A stretch of 20,000 nt of DNA from IMG/VR virus record IMGVR_UViG_3300031957_001236; one strand, 5' to 3'. The stretch is from an uncultured virus (IMG/VR IMGVR_UViG_3300031957_001236). Taxonomy: Duplodnaviria; Heunggongvirae; Uroviricota; Caudoviricetes. The notes beneath the pieces were generated by a model. It saw only the letters and a program-made list of their open reading frames with translations, was not told the origin of the DNA and did no database searches. This document shows, piece after piece, positions 1-8,711 of this stretch; the stretch's first letter is position 1; each line of letters opens with the position of its first letter. The translations under genes and the position numbers were made by a program.

Positions 1-2981
1 GATATCACACTGAGTCCACCGTCTTCTAAAGAGTTTAGCTCTGAATCAGATACAGAGTGGAATCCTAGCTGCTTCAAGTAAGAATCGTATAGTCTATGGA
101 TTCCTGCAAACAAGCTCTTGCACCCTGGCTTGGTTTGTCCAAACTCAAAATCGTAATAGTTTGATATGGAATCCTCCCCTGTGTTGAGTAAGTAGTTGGT
201 TAAGCTTTCAACGCTATCTCTAAAGGATGAAGTATCTAACAGTCGGCTATTCTGATCATAAATAGCTTTAGCTTTTGCTCTGGTCTTCTCCTCTAACAGT
301 TTGTTAATTAGGATTACGACCTCTGACAAATTACTTCTGTCAACAAAGAAATGCTCTGCATCTTTTTCTATACTAGAGGTATTGGCGTAAGTCTGTGCGC
401 CTCTTATCTCGTAGCAGGCTGAAGTCTCTACTCCGTTGTATATTGATGAGGAGTCTACTGTTTCACACTTGTCCCATACTCCGCTAACTGGAAATACAAC
501 GGGAGTATATTCGTATGAGCTTGGTTGCCATCCTAAAGGTAGGTACTCATACAAGGTATCGTCGGACTGATTTGGACTATAAGTTACTGTTGTTGACGAA
601 ACCCCGTTATAAAAACTGGGTTGGTTATACCCTGTTCTAGCGTACCACTCCCCCTTGGTTAAAGTCTTAGAGTGGTTTCTTCTGCGTACCGCCGTTCTTG
701 GTGCCTCAGCGGTATAGGGTCCTGATGCGGTTAACGGGTTTGTAATAGTGTTAGCCTGACCGAAGATAATCTGCTCTCTTTTAAAGCAGGGCAAGTAACC
801 ATGGATAATATGAGTCTTGGTAGGATCCTCTACAAAGGAAGGAGTATAAATATCTCTACCCCTTAAACCTAAATCAGGATGCCTCATGTTCAAACTAGAA
901 GCCTGCCAAGATGCAGCTAGTCCAGAAGGAGATTGAAGCTCGACAACAGCGTATTTAACCTTAGGGAAGAAATAATCTCCTGAAGATATTTGTTCGACTC
1001 CGCTTATATCAACATGTACTCTAGGTATAGACTTAGCGGGGCTGAAATCTTCTACTGAAGCTAGTGAGTTAGTAAAGTCGTATCGGTTATAGTTTGATGA
1101 TTGGAAGAAATCCATATCAAACCCTCCACCCGATACCGTGAAATCAAAGTGAGAGGACTTAGCATTCCACATTGGAAGATACTTAAGTCTTCTCTTATCA
1201 AAGCTATTGATTATGTAATCGTGATTTGGTGGAGTGTTTAAAACATCCGTGAAGAACAGGAAGGTACTGTTATACTTCTTTATAGGTTGATTACCAGATA
1301 CTGTATTGCTAAGTACAAATGTCTTAAAAGTATCGACATATTGAGAGCTTACACCTAAGCACTTAAGCTCTTCTGAGAAGAAGTCTACTAAATCCTCATT
1401 CAGATCACAGTCCGTATAGAACTTCTCCTCCTCCCAAGGTGGTATCTCAAAAGCTCTTCCTCTATAATTGAACCTGAAGCTTCTATCGTCTGGGTTGAAC
1501 CTATAGCCTCTAATGTTGAAAAGGTCAGGGAATTTTCTTACTGCTCTTAGCAGTATGTGATCAACAGTATATCTTATATTAATCTCTAGGTTGGCTGGGT
1601 CATACTCTCCGTTATTAAACTCAAGAGATTTTCTGTGTGTCCAGGACTCTAAGCTATCAAACTGTGGTGAAGCCGTAGCTAGAAGATAGAACATTAGCTG
1701 AGGAATATAAGACTCATAGAACTCAGATATAGCCTCCTGGAAATCTATACCCGTTCCTGGTAAAATGCTATTGATGAGTGCTATAAGCCCATCCTTAGTA
1801 CCTTTCTTCTTGTAAAGGTCTACAGCATTTCTTAGTTGTCTTCTCCAAGATGAAATGTCGTTGTTGTAAAACTTCCATCCAATGATGTCTGCTAAGTATG
1901 GAAGTAATTCTGGAGGACAGTCATCTATGGATTTCACAGATCTAAGTTTCTCGTTGTACTCATTTATGTCTGCGAACATGAAGGATACCGCCTTCATGAA
2001 TCTAGAGAACGGGGCTAATCTACTTTCTGCATCAGGAGCTTGAGATGAATCGAAATACTCTTGAAGTAGATCTCTCATGTAAGTATCATCTCCAGATGAA
2101 TACTTATTACCGTAAATTACATCAATTAGAGTAAGGTATCTATCAAGCTGTTGGCTTCCGCTAGTCCAAGTATCTACTCCAGAAGAATAGCTTGGGTGGA
2201 TGTAGTAACCATACAAGGGGGTTCCGTAAATCCATTCTCCTCCGAACTGAACTCCTGATAAACTTCTACCATCTTGGTTATACCAAAGAAACTTAAATAC
2301 AGTTTTTATGGCATCATTTAAGGTTAGAGTCTGTCCCTGAAATAGCTTATCGCAATATAAATCAAGAAGGGCTGAAGAGGGGTCGTAGAATTCGAGGGGG
2401 GTTGAGTCTGCTGCTCCGTATCCAGCAGGTTGATTTAAATAATAAAACCACGATAGCGTATCTGATAAATAGTCATGAGTTCCTTGATGAGTATTTGAAA
2501 ATGCGCTGGAGGTGGTATCGTCTAAATCAACTAAAACGGGAGGTCTTTTTGATCTAACCCCGAATGCAGGAATGGTTGGTAGAAAGGTTCCTGAAAGGTA
2601 ACTTTTAAACTCTTCTGATGTTGAGAAATCAGAAAAAGACTTGCCTACCTTATTAAGTATTTTTAGCTCGAAGTCCCTCGGAGAAAGCTCTGTTAAATTA
2701 TTCTGGGGCACGAACAGTGCGGCCAATCCTGAAAAGGTATTTAGATCAAAGTTACCTGCATCAAAGGTGCTTGAAAAGTTTATAGGTCTTCTACCAATAG
2801 ACTTGTCGTAACTAGGGTTTGATTGAATACAAGCATTTATGAGGTTAATTATTCCTGCGCTAACCTTGTCTATAGGATTTGTTTCAAACCCACTTAAATC
2901 AATATCCCTCTCCTTGTAAATAGAAGGAGTTAGAATATCAACTATCTCGTCATAGTTTCTTTTGAAGTAGCGATTAGACAT
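1..2981 (-). CDS. Large baseplate wedge/tail protein with internal P2 gpI (T4 gp7-like) domain; 3'-partial, >993 aa, runs off the window edge
   Basis: Not in the ORF track because there is no stop in the window. Translated by hand from ATG 2981 (MSNRYFKRNYDEIVDILTPSIYKERDIDLSG...), which overlaps the gp6 stop by 8 nt; no in-frame stop seen down to base 3. Contains SIDDCPPELLPYLADIIGWKFYNNDISSWRRQLRNAVDLYKKKGTKDGL (~1780-1930), the Tail_P2_I-type motif. It directly follows the gp6/gpJ homolog, the usual position. Confidence 0.8.
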   Translation of the reverse strand, partial: MSNRYFKRNYDEIVDILTPSIYKERDIDLSGFETNPIDKVSAGIINLINACIQSNPSYDKSIGRRPINFSSTFDAGNFDLNTFSGLAALFVPQNNLTELSPRDFELKILNKVGKSFSDFSTSEEFKSYLSGTFLPTIPAFGVRSKRPPVLVDLDDTTSSAFSNTHQGTHDYLSDTLSWFYYLNQPAGYGAADSTPLEFYDPSSALLDLYCDKLFQGQTLTLNDAIKTVFKFLWYNQDGRSLSGVQFGGEWIYGTPLYGYYIHPSYSSGVDTWTSGSQQLDRYLTLIDVIYGNKYSSGDDTYMRDLLQEYFDSSQAPDAESRLAPFSRFMKAVSFMFADINEYNEKLRSVKSIDDCPPELLPYLADIIGWKFYNNDISSWRRQLRNAVDLYKKKGTKDGLIALINSILPGTGIDFQEAISEFYESYIPQLMFYLLATASPQFDSLESWTHRKSLEFNNGEYDPANLEINIRYTVDHILLRAVRKFPDLFNIRGYRFNPDDRSFRFNYRGRAFEIPPWEEEKFYTDCDLNEDLVDFFSEELKCLGVSSQYVDTFKTFVLSNTVSGNQPIKKYNSTFLFFTDVLNTPPNHDYIINSFDKRRLKYLPMWNAKSSHFDFTVSGGGFDMDFFQSSNYNRYDFTNSLASVEDFSPAKSIPRVHVDISGVEQISSGDYFFPKVKYAVVELQSPSGLAASWQASSLNMRHPDLGLRGRDIYTPSFVEDPTKTHIIHGYLPCFKREQIIFGQANTITNPLTASGPYTAEAPRTAVRRRNHSKTLTKGEWYARTGYNQPSFYNGVSSTTVTYSPNQSDDTLYEYLPLGWQPSSYEYTPVVFPVSGVWDKCETVDSSSIYNGVETSACYEIRGAQTYANTSSIEKDAEHFFVDRSNLSEVVILINKLLEEKTRAKAKAIYDQNSRLLDTSSFRDSVESLTNYLLNTGEDSISNYYDFEFGQTKPGCKSLFAGIHRLYDSYLKQLGFHSVSDSELNSLEDGGLSVI

Positions 2982-4545
2982 ATTCTATATTTATAACAAG
3001 GTTGTTTAGCTGAAGAATCTCATTGAACTCCAGTCGAATATCGTTATCAAGGTTGTCTACTCGACAGACACGAACTTCGTCTACATTATCGAAGACTGCT
3101 CTGTTTATATCTGCAAGAAGGACTCGCTCACCAAACTCTCTGTTGTCAACATTGAAGAAGTTGCTTACCTCGGTTGAAGCTTTTCTGATAATCTCACCCT
3201 CCTTTGGCTTGAACTTATCAGATACAGAAATTGTAACAACAAGATCTAAAGTTCTAATAAGACCATCGACTAGTACGATCTCATCAGTTAGCATCTTCTT
3301 TCCTTCAACGGCTTCAAGGAATGCATTCTTAAATGCAATAGATGCTTTCTGTAGTTGATTAGTCGATGCCTTCTCAAGTATGAATAGGTCAACGATGTTA
3401 GCTGATGAGTAGGATTTTCGTGCGGAGGCTGTTGCTTTGGCTGATGAACCAGTAGGTCCTACGAATCTGGCTGCGAAGGACTTGTAATCATCTAAAGAAA
3501 CTAGTCTGTCCTGAGTTCTGAAGTTAAGGGGTCCGTACTTCTTAGCCTTATCAACAGTTTCAGCCTCGGCTCCACCCGTTATGGATTGAATGTTTTCTAT
3601 CTGAATTTGTTTTCCACCCGTTGCTCTTGTAGAAGTATTGATATAGCTTCTAGGAACATTACCTCTTGAACCCCCACCAACTCTGTAAGTTACTACATAA
3701 TCAGAACTGTTTGGAGGAATTACTCCGTTTGTACCGTCTCCAAATATTACAGTAGCACGATAGTCATCATCGTATCGTATTGAGAAGATCTTCTGATCTG
3801 TAGAAGATGCAGCGTACAGGCTTTCTACTTCAACATATACTCCACTTGTAGTTGTATCGTCAGAGTTTATGAAAACTTGAACACTTCCTTCAATAACAGG
3901 ACCCTCAGTCAGACCTATCTCCTTTACATTGTCCACCTCATTGAAAGGTCCTGCTTCCCTTGCGAAACTGCCTTCCAGTAGTGCAAGGTTTGTCCATACG
4001 CCAGGAGCGTCTGCATCGGCGTTCTCTAAAGATATACTTGAATCAGACTTAGGATCGTCTAGTAGACCGTTTGTTATGGTGTATAGTGTATATGTTACTG
4101 GCTGACCGTCATCGGGAGAAGTAACAGTAATGACCCTGTTCTGTGGTGGAATGGTGTAGTCCGCTGGAGTATCCACAGTAGCTCTTGCCCCTCCTGCCCC
4201 AGCTACAGGACCTCTTAATCTAATACCTATAAGCTCCAGCAGCTTCCTTACATTAACTCTATCCTTAGCTGTCTTAATGAATGATTCATGAGCCAACATG
4301 TCGCTCTTGTAAGACATGACACTTCCCATATAAGCTACTAGCTCTATGAACATCATACCGAGATCGGACTCTTCAAAGTTATTGTAATCGTTAGGATAAA
4401 CTGCCTTTACATAATCAATAAGAGCCTCTCTAAGAGTTGCGAAGTCTGTGGCCGTAAAGTCTACTAAATCTCCTCTGTACTCCTCGTCTACGGGAGATAC
4501 TTTTAAGAAGTCTGACTTGGCTGTTGTATATGGGATATTACTCAT
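2974..4545 (-). CDS. gp6: Baseplate wedge subunit (T4 gp6 / P2 gpJ family), 523 aa
   Basis: Motifs DFATLREALIDYVK...FEESDLGMMFIELVAY...ESFIKTA, FGDGTNGVIP, YRVGGGSRGNV and GGAEAETVD...RTQDRLVSLDDY; follows gp25. Confidence 0.92.
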   Translation of the reverse strand: MSNIPYTTAKSDFLKVSPVDEEYRGDLVDFTATDFATLREALIDYVKAVYPNDYNNFEESDLGMMFIELVAYMGSVMSYKSDMLAHESFIKTAKDRVNVRKLLELIGIRLRGPVAGAGGARATVDTPADYTIPPQNRVITVTSPDDGQPVTYTLYTITNGLLDDPKSDSSISLENADADAPGVWTNLALLEGSFAREAGPFNEVDNVKEIGLTEGPVIEGSVQVFINSDDTTTSGVYVEVESLYAASSTDQKIFSIRYDDDYRATVIFGDGTNGVIPPNSSDYVVTYRVGGGSRGNVPRSYINTSTRATGGKQIQIENIQSITGGAEAETVDKAKKYGPLNFRTQDRLVSLDDYKSFAARFVGPTGSSAKATASARKSYSSANIVDLFILEKASTNQLQKASIAFKNAFLEAVEGKKMLTDEIVLVDGLIRTLDLVVTISVSDKFKPKEGEIIRKASTEVSNFFNVDNREFGERVLLADINRAVFDNVDEVRVCRVDNLDNDIRLEFNEILQLNNLVINIEYV

Positions 4546-4982
4546 AGTGTTACCTGCACATCCGCTATGGCGTTAGTGCCCGTATCTACAACGGACAGTT
4601 TTATTAAGATACCTGAAAGACCAGAATACTTAACCGTGTCTACAGGATTCACTTTCAATTCTAAAATCCTAATAGAGGGTAGGTAATTTTCAATGCTCGT
4701 TACGATGTCGAACTCAATCTGGTTTATGGCGTCTTCGTTGTAAGGATCAAAAAGGAACCTTCGTATACCTATTCCGAAGTTAGGAAGCATCACCCTCTCA
4801 CCTCTATCCGTCAGAAGAAGCTGTGTTATCTGAGACTTGAGAAGGGCAGACCCGTACTCACTGGTCACATAGTTTTTAGTATTTTTTCCAAAGGGATAGC
4901 CTACGCCTAGAACCTTGTCGCTGTTAACAAGAGTTACAGACTTGTCTACCTCCCTACTAGGCTGTGAACCGAACAGTACCAT
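4542..4982 (-). CDS. gp25: Baseplate wedge/sheath initiator (T4 gp25 / P2 gpW family), 146 aa
   Basis: LLKSQITQLLLTDRGERVMLPNFGIGIRRFLFDP matches the GPW_gp25 signature (T.xGER.xxP.FG); ATGA-coupled to gp6. Confidence 0.93.
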   Translation of the reverse strand: MVLFGSQPSREVDKSVTLVNSDKVLGVGYPFGKNTKNYVTSEYGSALLKSQITQLLLTDRGERVMLPNFGIGIRRFLFDPYNEDAINQIEFDIVTSIENYLPSIRILELKVNPVDTVKYSGLSGILIKLSVVDTGTNAIADVQVTL

Positions 4983-7687
4983 CAGACATCAATATCCTCG
5001 AAGAATCCTTTGTGAGCTATGTAGTTTTTATAAGCTTCACTTATATTTAGAGGCTTACTATAAACTTTAAAACTTCCGATGTGGCCTGTCAATCCGCTGT
5101 AGAAACCGTGGCCTGTAGACATGAATCCACCAGAGCTTGTGTCTACAGGAATGCCGTCAGTCCACCCCCCACCAACAATCCAAGGAGTGAAGAACACATC
5201 ATTAACTGGGCCGTTGGCTAGGTCTGAGGTCTGTGCGTTAACAAGCTTTGTCCTATCGTAGAAAAAGCTTGGGTTGTCTGAATCTATAGGTGATATGAAG
5301 GTAGGGATTCTTGCTGGTTCCTTTTCAGGTGTTCCGAAGACCTCGCTATAAGACTTGGATGAAAGAAGTTCTCCATTCAAGAATACTGATATGAGATCGT
5401 TTCTCACATCCATGGATACGGATAAGTGTTGGAAATCACCAGATAGATCAAGTAGTTTGTAACCGCTAGAAGTGGTTGCTGTGACATCTATCGACATACT
5501 AAGGTATGTATTAACTTGATTATCACAGTCCCCTGATCTAATAAACTCAACATCGGTTCCATTGATAGACTGAGTTGGAGCAATAAAGAAGCTTACAGAG
5601 CTTGTTGTTGAGGACGCATCTATACCTAAAGTAGAACCGGGGTTTAGATCAGTTCCCCTAGCCTGAACAGATTGCTGGGTTATTTGTGGGTCTCTTGTGA
5701 AACCCATAAGCATACCTTTAACAGTCTTAGTTCCAAACTGGTTTGATTGTGTCTCTGCGTTTCCTGTGAACGAGCCTCCTATGTTTTCGTTAGCAAGTAT
5801 TATCTTGTAGAAATTGAAATCAGTCCAACTTGCGTCCGAAGCCTGAAGGTTCATGTCGGAGGAGGCGTCAGTTCTTTCAAAGAAGTTTGAGGAACCACAG
5901 AAGTTTGGCATGTGAAGCCACATATCAAAAGAACAACCGGAAGTGTTGTACATGAGGTTCTGCATCTCCGGTGTCTGTGGTAACCTTAGATAAGATCCTA
6001 GTCCTGAAGGAGCAAAGGTTCCCACTGAATCATTTAAGTAGGTATACCGCACTATACCGTCTAGCTTTGGAATAGAAAGACCACTGACAAATACTGACTG
6101 TAAGCTCTTTCCTACTAGCTGCGCGTTGTTGTAGCCACCCTCTGTGTAATCGTTTAGAATACTGAACTCGGTTGAGCTAGGCTTCTCTACATCAGGAACT
6201 AAGAAAGAGTAACAAGCTATCAATGCCTTCGTCGTAATATCATCCGTAATAGTTAAAGCAGGTGATGTTGTAGAGGATACCTCGTTCAAGTCTACGATAG
6301 ACCCTGTACCTATATCTGCTACTTCGATTGGATCAATTATTGTTCTTCTGTTAGCGTCTGTAGCTCTTACGAAGGTTGGTCTAAGAGGAAGGATAATATC
6401 ATCAACCTCTCCGTGATCAAAGGTCAGTATGCGCTGCTTCTGAATTGATATGTTAAGGTTTATATTACCTAGGTAGGAGAAGTCGTTAACTGGAACTTCC
6501 CCAGGTCTAAAGAAGTTCTGTGTTCCAAACAGGTCCTGAGACTTTACCGCAATCTCTATCTGCTTCTTCCTCTTGTTTATCTTTCTATCGTATTCGTCTA
6601 GAGTGCTAAACAGTTGTTGTTTTATGTTTATGATTAAGGCCGAGTCCTCTGTGTATCCCGAAGCTTCTAGTTTCTGTCTTTGTTTTTTAAGCTCATGGAC
6701 TGCGACATTCTTCTGACCAAAGAGGGTGGTTAGGAAGGTGTCCTTATCGTAATACTTCTTTAGATTGTCAGAGTCATCAATTTGATTAACATCTAAAATC
6801 GTATCAAAGTATCTCTCAAGTTCCTTAATCGAGAATGAGGTTCCCTTTCCTCCTAGGTTTGCTGGGTGCTCAAGCCTCCACTTGCTAGGGTCTGGGACGA
6901 ATCCTATATCAGCTTCTGACGGTAAAGAACCTCCTTGATATCTCTTGCCCTGGCTATCGTAATACAGCCCGTCCTCTGACAAGAGGTACTGCCCTGATTT
7001 GGACTTAGGAGGCCCGTAGACGAGCCTGAAGATGGGTTCGGGCTCTCCGTCATCTCCTACGGCAGAAGTCGTTATACCGTTCAGTACAGGCTCTCTGGTG
7101 GGATCAGAGACACGCTCCCGAATGATCTCATCAATGTTCGTCAGTTGATTGTTTACGCTTTCAATATAGTTTAAAGCGTTCTGTATTTCAGACTTGGCTA
7201 CAATCAGAGAAACCGTAGTAGGATACTTAGGTCCAGAGTTATCGTTGCCCTTGTCGAGCCACTGTTCTACTTGACCAATACAGTCCTCAATCTGCTGTAT
7301 GAACTCTTCGGCTACTTGATAGTTCTCCCATAAGGCAGCACCCGCCCCAGCCAAAGCTCCAAGGAACTCCCCTATCTCCCCTAGGAAATCAAGCTCACCA
7401 TTCTCTATACCATTCTTGGAAGATCCTGATAAAAACACTAGCTTACCTGTAGTAGTGTCGAACTCTACGATTCCAGTATCTCTGAATAGTTTCTTTACAG
7501 CAGTAGCCATGGCTGCTTGAGCAGCAGCCTTGCCTTTAATCAAACCCTGAGAGAACCCACCTAGCATAGAGGTTGGCAGTAAACTTAATATTTCCTTACT
7601 GAAATCGACCAAACACTTAGGCGCACCATACTGCATACCTAGTTCACCCAGAGGGTCATTCAGTAGATTTGGATTAAATTTAACCAT
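4982..7687 (-). CDS. Large virion protein with helical/coiled-coil N-terminal half and C-terminal LamG/concanavalin A-like domain, 901 aa
   Basis: C-terminal LamG-type motifs CSFDMWLHMP, FQHLSVSMD...ISVFLNGEL and GLTGHIGSFKVYSKPLNISEAYKNY; coiled-coil-like segments (ELKKQRQKLE...EYDRKINKRKKQIEIAV). Coupled to the spike gene (8-nt overlap) and to gp25 (TGATG). Confidence 0.65.
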   Translation of the reverse strand: MVKFNPNLLNDPLGELGMQYGAPKCLVDFSKEILSLLPTSMLGGFSQGLIKGKAAAQAAMATAVKKLFRDTGIVEFDTTTGKLVFLSGSSKNGIENGELDFLGEIGEFLGALAGAGAALWENYQVAEEFIQQIEDCIGQVEQWLDKGNDNSGPKYPTTVSLIVAKSEIQNALNYIESVNNQLTNIDEIIRERVSDPTREPVLNGITTSAVGDDGEPEPIFRLVYGPPKSKSGQYLLSEDGLYYDSQGKRYQGGSLPSEADIGFVPDPSKWRLEHPANLGGKGTSFSIKELERYFDTILDVNQIDDSDNLKKYYDKDTFLTTLFGQKNVAVHELKKQRQKLEASGYTEDSALIINIKQQLFSTLDEYDRKINKRKKQIEIAVKSQDLFGTQNFFRPGEVPVNDFSYLGNINLNISIQKQRILTFDHGEVDDIILPLRPTFVRATDANRRTIIDPIEVADIGTGSIVDLNEVSSTTSPALTITDDITTKALIACYSFLVPDVEKPSSTEFSILNDYTEGGYNNAQLVGKSLQSVFVSGLSIPKLDGIVRYTYLNDSVGTFAPSGLGSYLRLPQTPEMQNLMYNTSGCSFDMWLHMPNFCGSSNFFERTDASSDMNLQASDASWTDFNFYKIILANENIGGSFTGNAETQSNQFGTKTVKGMLMGFTRDPQITQQSVQARGTDLNPGSTLGIDASSTTSSVSFFIAPTQSINGTDVEFIRSGDCDNQVNTYLSMSIDVTATTSSGYKLLDLSGDFQHLSVSMDVRNDLISVFLNGELLSSKSYSEVFGTPEKEPARIPTFISPIDSDNPSFFYDRTKLVNAQTSDLANGPVNDVFFTPWIVGGGWTDGIPVDTSSGGFMSTGHGFYSGLTGHIGSFKVYSKPLNISEAYKNYIAHKGFFEDIDV

Positions 7688-8711
7688 TAGATAATGCTCT
7701 CTCTTCGTCGTTAGTTAGCTCTGGTGAAGGAACAGCCACAGTTCCAGGAGGGCCTGGATTGAGGTTTATCTTCGCCCCTTCAATATTTACATCTCCAGCA
7801 GCGGCAATGTTAATGTTCTGGCCGGATTGCAGGTTTATATCTTTCTCCGCGTTTACATTAACGGAACCGTTTGTTCGTAATTGAATGATTGAGTCAGGTC
7901 CGTCTGCTACAAGAAGTATCCTTGAATCCTCAGCGTTAACCTTTATCACGATATCGTTGTGATAACTCTCCATGTTAATCTGTCCGCAGGCATTATCTTC
8001 ATCCGAATCCTTCATAACATCCTTGCGAGATCTGTTATAAATGTCGATTCTCCTGCCTCCGTCTAAACAAACATGAATAGATCCTTCTAGAGATAGAAGA
8101 TCTATGTTCCTTGTAACATTCAACTCAGCAGACTCAGGACCCATAAGCCCTTCATACTGATCCCCTGTCAGCTTTAGCTTATCAAAGCCATTGTTGTTGT
8201 ATAAACCAATGGAATCATTCTGTCCATTGTCAGCGATTATCATCCTGTGATCCGTTGCACCCTTTACTGATACAAACCTTTCATCGTCTGACTCGTTTCT
8301 CTTTGAAGATATTTCAACACCGTTTCCGTCACGGTTATAAAGCCCTATGCTATCCGGGCTGATCGTATGAGAATAAGGGTCAGTCTGCCCGAAGTATGGA
8401 ATGTGATCAGTTAAAGGAGTTTCCTTTATAATCTTATTCTCTAGCTCCTGTTCACTATCAACAACTGTGCTTAGGTAGATCCAATCATCCGCGTTCGCTG
8501 GCTTAATTATGACTACTAGATCCGTTTCTTTTGGAATAGCGATCAAACCACCCGATGAATATTTAACAGGACTAGAATACTTAACATCAACAATATCGTT
8601 GGAATCAGCAAGTGCTACCTGGAAAGTTCCCGCGCTTCGACCATCAACATTATTAACAACATGACCCACCTTAGCTTGAAAAGAGCCTTTATGTAAATCC
8701 TTATATTTCAT
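7680..8711 (-). CDS. Baseplate central spike (gp5/gpV/VgrG C-terminal-like: OB fold plus beta-helix), no lysozyme domain, 343 aa
   Basis: N-terminal OB-fold-like pattern (GHVVNNVDGRSAGTFQV...YSSP...GGLIAIPKETDLVVI) and repetitive beta-strand C-terminus (GSVNVNAEKDINLQSGQNINIAAAGDVNIEGAKINLN); directly follows the hub gene. Confidence 0.8.
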   Translation of the reverse strand: MKYKDLHKGSFQAKVGHVVNNVDGRSAGTFQVALADSNDIVDVKYSSPVKYSSGGLIAIPKETDLVVIIKPANADDWIYLSTVVDSEQELENKIIKETPLTDHIPYFGQTDPYSHTISPDSIGLYNRDGNGVEISSKRNESDDERFVSVKGATDHRMIIADNGQNDSIGLYNNNGFDKLKLTGDQYEGLMGPESAELNVTRNIDLLSLEGSIHVCLDGGRRIDIYNRSRKDVMKDSDEDNACGQINMESYHNDIVIKVNAEDSRILLVADGPDSIIQLRTNGSVNVNAEKDINLQSGQNINIAAAGDVNIEGAKINLNPGPPGTVAVPSPELTNDEERALSNG

